Assembly (NCBI GenBank): GCA_013265495.1
Contig: MU059781.1
Span: 744,001-808,000 of the forward strand
Reading direction: 5' to 3'
Origin: Vicugna vicugna
Lineage: Eukaryota
DNA length: 64,000 nucleotides
Positions 60,589-64,000 of the stretch are shown in pieces. The position numbers were made by a program, and so were the translations under genes. Numbering within the stretch: position 1 is the stretch's first letter; each line of letters starts with the position of its first letter. The notes beneath the pieces are model-generated. The model was not told the DNA's origin, ran no database searches, and saw only the letters and a program-made list of their open reading frames with translations.

Positions 60589-63509
60589 ATATTTAGTCAA
60601 AGCTGTTCTGTTAATTGCTTGCTCAGTGCCTCAGTATCTATGGTCAATAGATTATAACCCAATTAACTATATACATTAATGTGTTTGCATATATGTCTCC
60701 CCAGTGGGGAGTGCTGCCCAGATGCCCATGTGTGGGGTTAACCATCATCACCCATCTTGGTGAAGAAAACACCATCCAGCAAGCTGCTCCAACTTATGGA
60801 AGCCCCTCTATAAGAAAAAAAAGTGAGCCAGATCTGATGACAAAGATACAGCACTCTCCCATCACTGCTGAACTCAAGACATGGAGGAATTAACAGGTGC
60901 TGGTAACAGGGGGGCACCGGGCTCTTTGAGGCAGAGCTCAAACTCCTTTGAGCCCTCTGCAGAGGGACTTTCTCGATTCACAGAAGCCACAGCTATGATG
61001 TTTCATGAAGACCATTTTTATTACCATCTACAGGAGGGAGGAACATACTAATAGTGATAATTGCCTCCAGGATCTCATGAATTTCCAGGGCTCAAAAGAT
61101 CGTGGGCAGCATTCTTTTGGACTGCTCACTGAATAATGTTGTCAGTCACATGCTGTGGGACCTGTATTGTGTATTCTGGTCACAACGCGTTCCTGCAGAC
61201 ATGATGCTTCTCACGATAGAGAAGAGGCACGTGAAAAGGGATCAGGGACCAGAGCACATTAACCTTGGTCACTTTTCCCTGATCCCATGAAGGCATTTAA
61301 TTTGTCTGCAGATCCCAATGACACTGGGACTCCTTCCAGAGATTTGAATATGGAGAGGTGTGGGACAGTGGTGTGAATCATTCCTAAGGGTTGAAGGGCA
61401 AGGCTGGCAGTCACTTGCCAGGCAAGAGTGTATTCTTGCAAGCAACATGTACCTAAACTAGCCTAGTCTCAACATGGCGAGACCGTGTAATAAACATTTC
61501 CTAAATGAAGATTAATTAATATTTTGGAAGTCAATCCAATCTTAAAATTTGGGGGGAACATTTTCCATTATTAAAATAATCAAGTTGTTGCACCTAGTAT
61601 GACCACTGCGCTTGGCCAGAGCCAATTTCCGGGGGTGTGAACATTTAATGGTAAGGTCTACGTGATCATATTTGCTATGCAATCCAGAAAAGTCAGTCAC
61701 TTGAACAATGAGTCAAGCAATTAGCTTTGGGAGTTCCCAATTTATGGGAAGAACTTTTCCAAGGGCAGTCTGAAATCCGAAGTCCAGGAAAAGCTGAGTC
61801 AGGAACTGACGACATTACAGCTGTGGGAGACAGGAGTCAGTGGACAGGAATAACCAACATTATTCCAGGAACACCTTTTTCAGTGTCTCGGATGGATGAC
61901 AACCCTGCAGCTTTTGTCTGAGATTGTCTTCAAGTACTGTTGTTGCTCCATCTCTATAGGTACAACCAAAAGAAATTCCCTAAAATAACTACAATTCAAA
62001 CATCTTAAGTCTGGAGGAATAAAACTAAATTGTGGTGAGACTGTATTTCTAGAAAGAATATATAGTAAGGCATGCAAAATAGCAAGAGTAATAATTTCAA
62101 GTACAAACAATTACACATATACTAGGTGTGATTATAAAATGATATGTGTGGCTATAAACAAAGATCATGAATGTACTAATTAGGTACTACACTGAGGGAG
62201 TGCCTAGACACAGTGACTCTGGTTGACTTGTTTTTCCCCCAGCTGACGTGTCCTTTTGTTCCCCACGTAAACAATGATTTTGAGTATTTCATGCCAGAGG
62301 TCCATCAGTGAGTATCGGCGGGACTGCATCTGTGTGTGGCAGAAGGGGCCAGAGGGAGGGGGCAAACATCTCCCTCCTTAAAAAATGGCATTGGGCTCTG
62401 ATGAGAATCTTCCCACCATCTTGAGACTTGGCAGTGTACTAATATGTAACACTGTTAAAAGTGTCCCAGGGCGGGTCAAGTAATGCGATTTACCTCATTT
62501 GGCTTTTGCATCGAATTTTCCATCGGAAAGACTTGTGCACTTTGCATGTTTTCAGTTAATGAAGGATTGCAGTGTGCCTGTGAGCTTTGTTTGAGGATGC
62601 CATGAAATGGGGGAGAAAATTAGTATCCGGAGGGAGATCATTGTTGCCCTGAATAAGTTTGATCAATGAGAGAAAGGAATAAAGAGATTGTATGTAAAAT
62701 TTAAATTCTTCAGTATGAGGTGCTCTTGGGTAAGCAAAACACTCAAGCCAAGGTTAGTAATGAATTAGTTAACACAACAGAAGAAGACAGCCTGACTCTA
62801 CAGACCGAGCCAGCATTTCAATTTTCAGCTCAGCAGGCAGTGGAAGTGCAGCTGACGAGGGGCCTTGGTATAAATCATAAATTCCAGGATATTGTACGAT
62901 AGCCTTCTAGGTAAACCACAGTTGACATATAGATTTGAGGTTCAGAATCTAGTGATGGTGTTTAAAGGGAAAAGAAAGACAGAGCTATATTGGCGGGTAA
63001 GAAGAATGCAGGAAATTCAAGATAATGAATTAAATTTTCTTCTGATGGAAGAGAAATGGACAAAATGGGATTCCATGTTTGGTTCTAAAAGTTGGCAATT
63101 AAGAAGCATTAAGTACTAAACTTGATATGTCAAAAAACTTTGGTTGACTATCAGTTTTAGTTTATTAGGTAGATAAGAACAAAAGGACAGAAATGCAGAT
63201 CAAGAGGGAATATACGTGAAAGAAATTTAAAGAGATATTTTATGGATAAAGTGATGGCATTTAGGATGAATTTGATAACCATACGAATTAGTGTAAATTA
63301 AAAAGAGTATAATTGGTTATACATGTGAAAGAAATTCCTTGCATGTTGCTTTAAGAAGGAGAACAGTGAGTTTATTTTAAACTGCAGAATTCAGGGCTTT
63401 ATTTGTCACCTCCAGACCATTACCCTCAGAGACACCCTCTCCACATGCATGTTGAGGAGCAGAGGAGCAGCAGAGGAACACCCTCTGTTTCCTGACCCCC
63501 AACCTTTAA

Positions 63510-63650
63510 AGGCTTGCATGCAGTGTGGTCCGAGGTCCAGCAACACTGCCTGGGAGCTTGTTGGAAATGCAGGACCTTGAGCCCCACTCGGCCTGTGGAA
63601 TCAGGGCCTATATGATTCATGTGTACCTTCATGTCTGAAAAGCACAGGTC
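63510..63650. mobile_element. MER5A/MER5A1 MITE (internally deleted)
   Basis: cagtgtggtcc...cagcaacactgcctgggagcttgttggaaatgcagga...gccccac...tgattcat...ctgaaaagcac. Confidence 0.8.
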
Positions 63651-63689
63651 TACAGCTACCAACCACAGCTCTACCTCTGGATACGGTGG

Positions 63690-64000
63690 GATTGAAACAG
63701 GCTTGGATTTGAATCCTGGCTCACCCCCTTACTAGGCAATCTTGATTGAATTATTTCATCTCTAAATTCCAATCTTCTTATATGTAAAATGGAAATGATG
63801 ACAATAGAAGCTACCTACTTCAAAGAGTTTCATTAGCGTGAAATGAAATTAGTGTTACCATTCAAAGTCCAGACTCTGAAACCAGACAGTCTGGCTCAAA
63901 TACTGCTTCTGTCGCTCAGCAGCTGCATAACTTTGGGACAAATCATTGAACTTCACTGGGCCCAATGTATTTCATTTATAAGGAAAAAGTAATAATCACA
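63690..64000 (+). mobile_element. Two adjacent MIR SINEs
   Basis: ggatttgaatcctggctc...cttatatgtaaaatggaaatgatg, then ctggctcaaatactgcttctg...gcataactttgggaca. Confidence 0.8.

Noticed and set aside
6977-60657. Many long ORFs containing X runs
   Set aside because: Artefacts of N-blocks lacking stop codons.
61727-61921. 64-aa ORF with protein-like composition
   Set aside because: Short, with no recognised homology and no flanking exon signals.
62429-62454. TGGCAGTGT (miR-34/449 seed) and TAACACTG (miR-141/200a seed) in one small hairpin
   Set aside because: The stem is only about 6 bp with no mature-length match, so it is not a pre-miRNA.
1-64000. CRISPR arrays, prokaryotic operons or defence systems, non-retroviral endogenous viral elements, tRNA/rRNA/snRNA genes
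   Set aside because: No regularly spaced repeat-spacer structure, no long ORFs with viral or bacterial motifs, and no recognisable structural RNA sequence. The content is typical mammalian non-coding DNA.

Overview
This is eutherian mammal genomic DNA, probably Laurasiatherian, and it looks intronic or intergenic. It is CpG-depleted with no CpG island. I found no supportable protein-coding gene, tRNA, rRNA, CRISPR array or prokaryotic feature. The ORF track consists of chance ORFs, ORFs that exist only because they span N, and one L1 ORF2 C-terminal remnant. Most recognisable sequence is old interspersed repeat (MIR, L2, L1M, MaLR MLT1 and ERVL LTRs, hAT MER5A/MER91) plus microsatellites. All repeat calls and subfamily names come from remembered consensus sequences, and their boundaries are approximate. 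Nine N-blocks (about 2.1 kb) behave like similarity masking rather than assembly gaps. Several sit in repeat-free DNA flanked by splice-like or transcription-factor-like signals, so the most informative sequence may be hidden. The best leads are a dense E-box/NFI/MEIS cluster near 14.0-14.1 kb, two masked blocks that abut polypyrimidine tracts, a tandem PAX3/7-type homeodomain dimer site, and the apparent absence of any lineage-specific SINE. I found no convincing novel biological system. The window reads as regulatory or intronic DNA of an unidentified locus.
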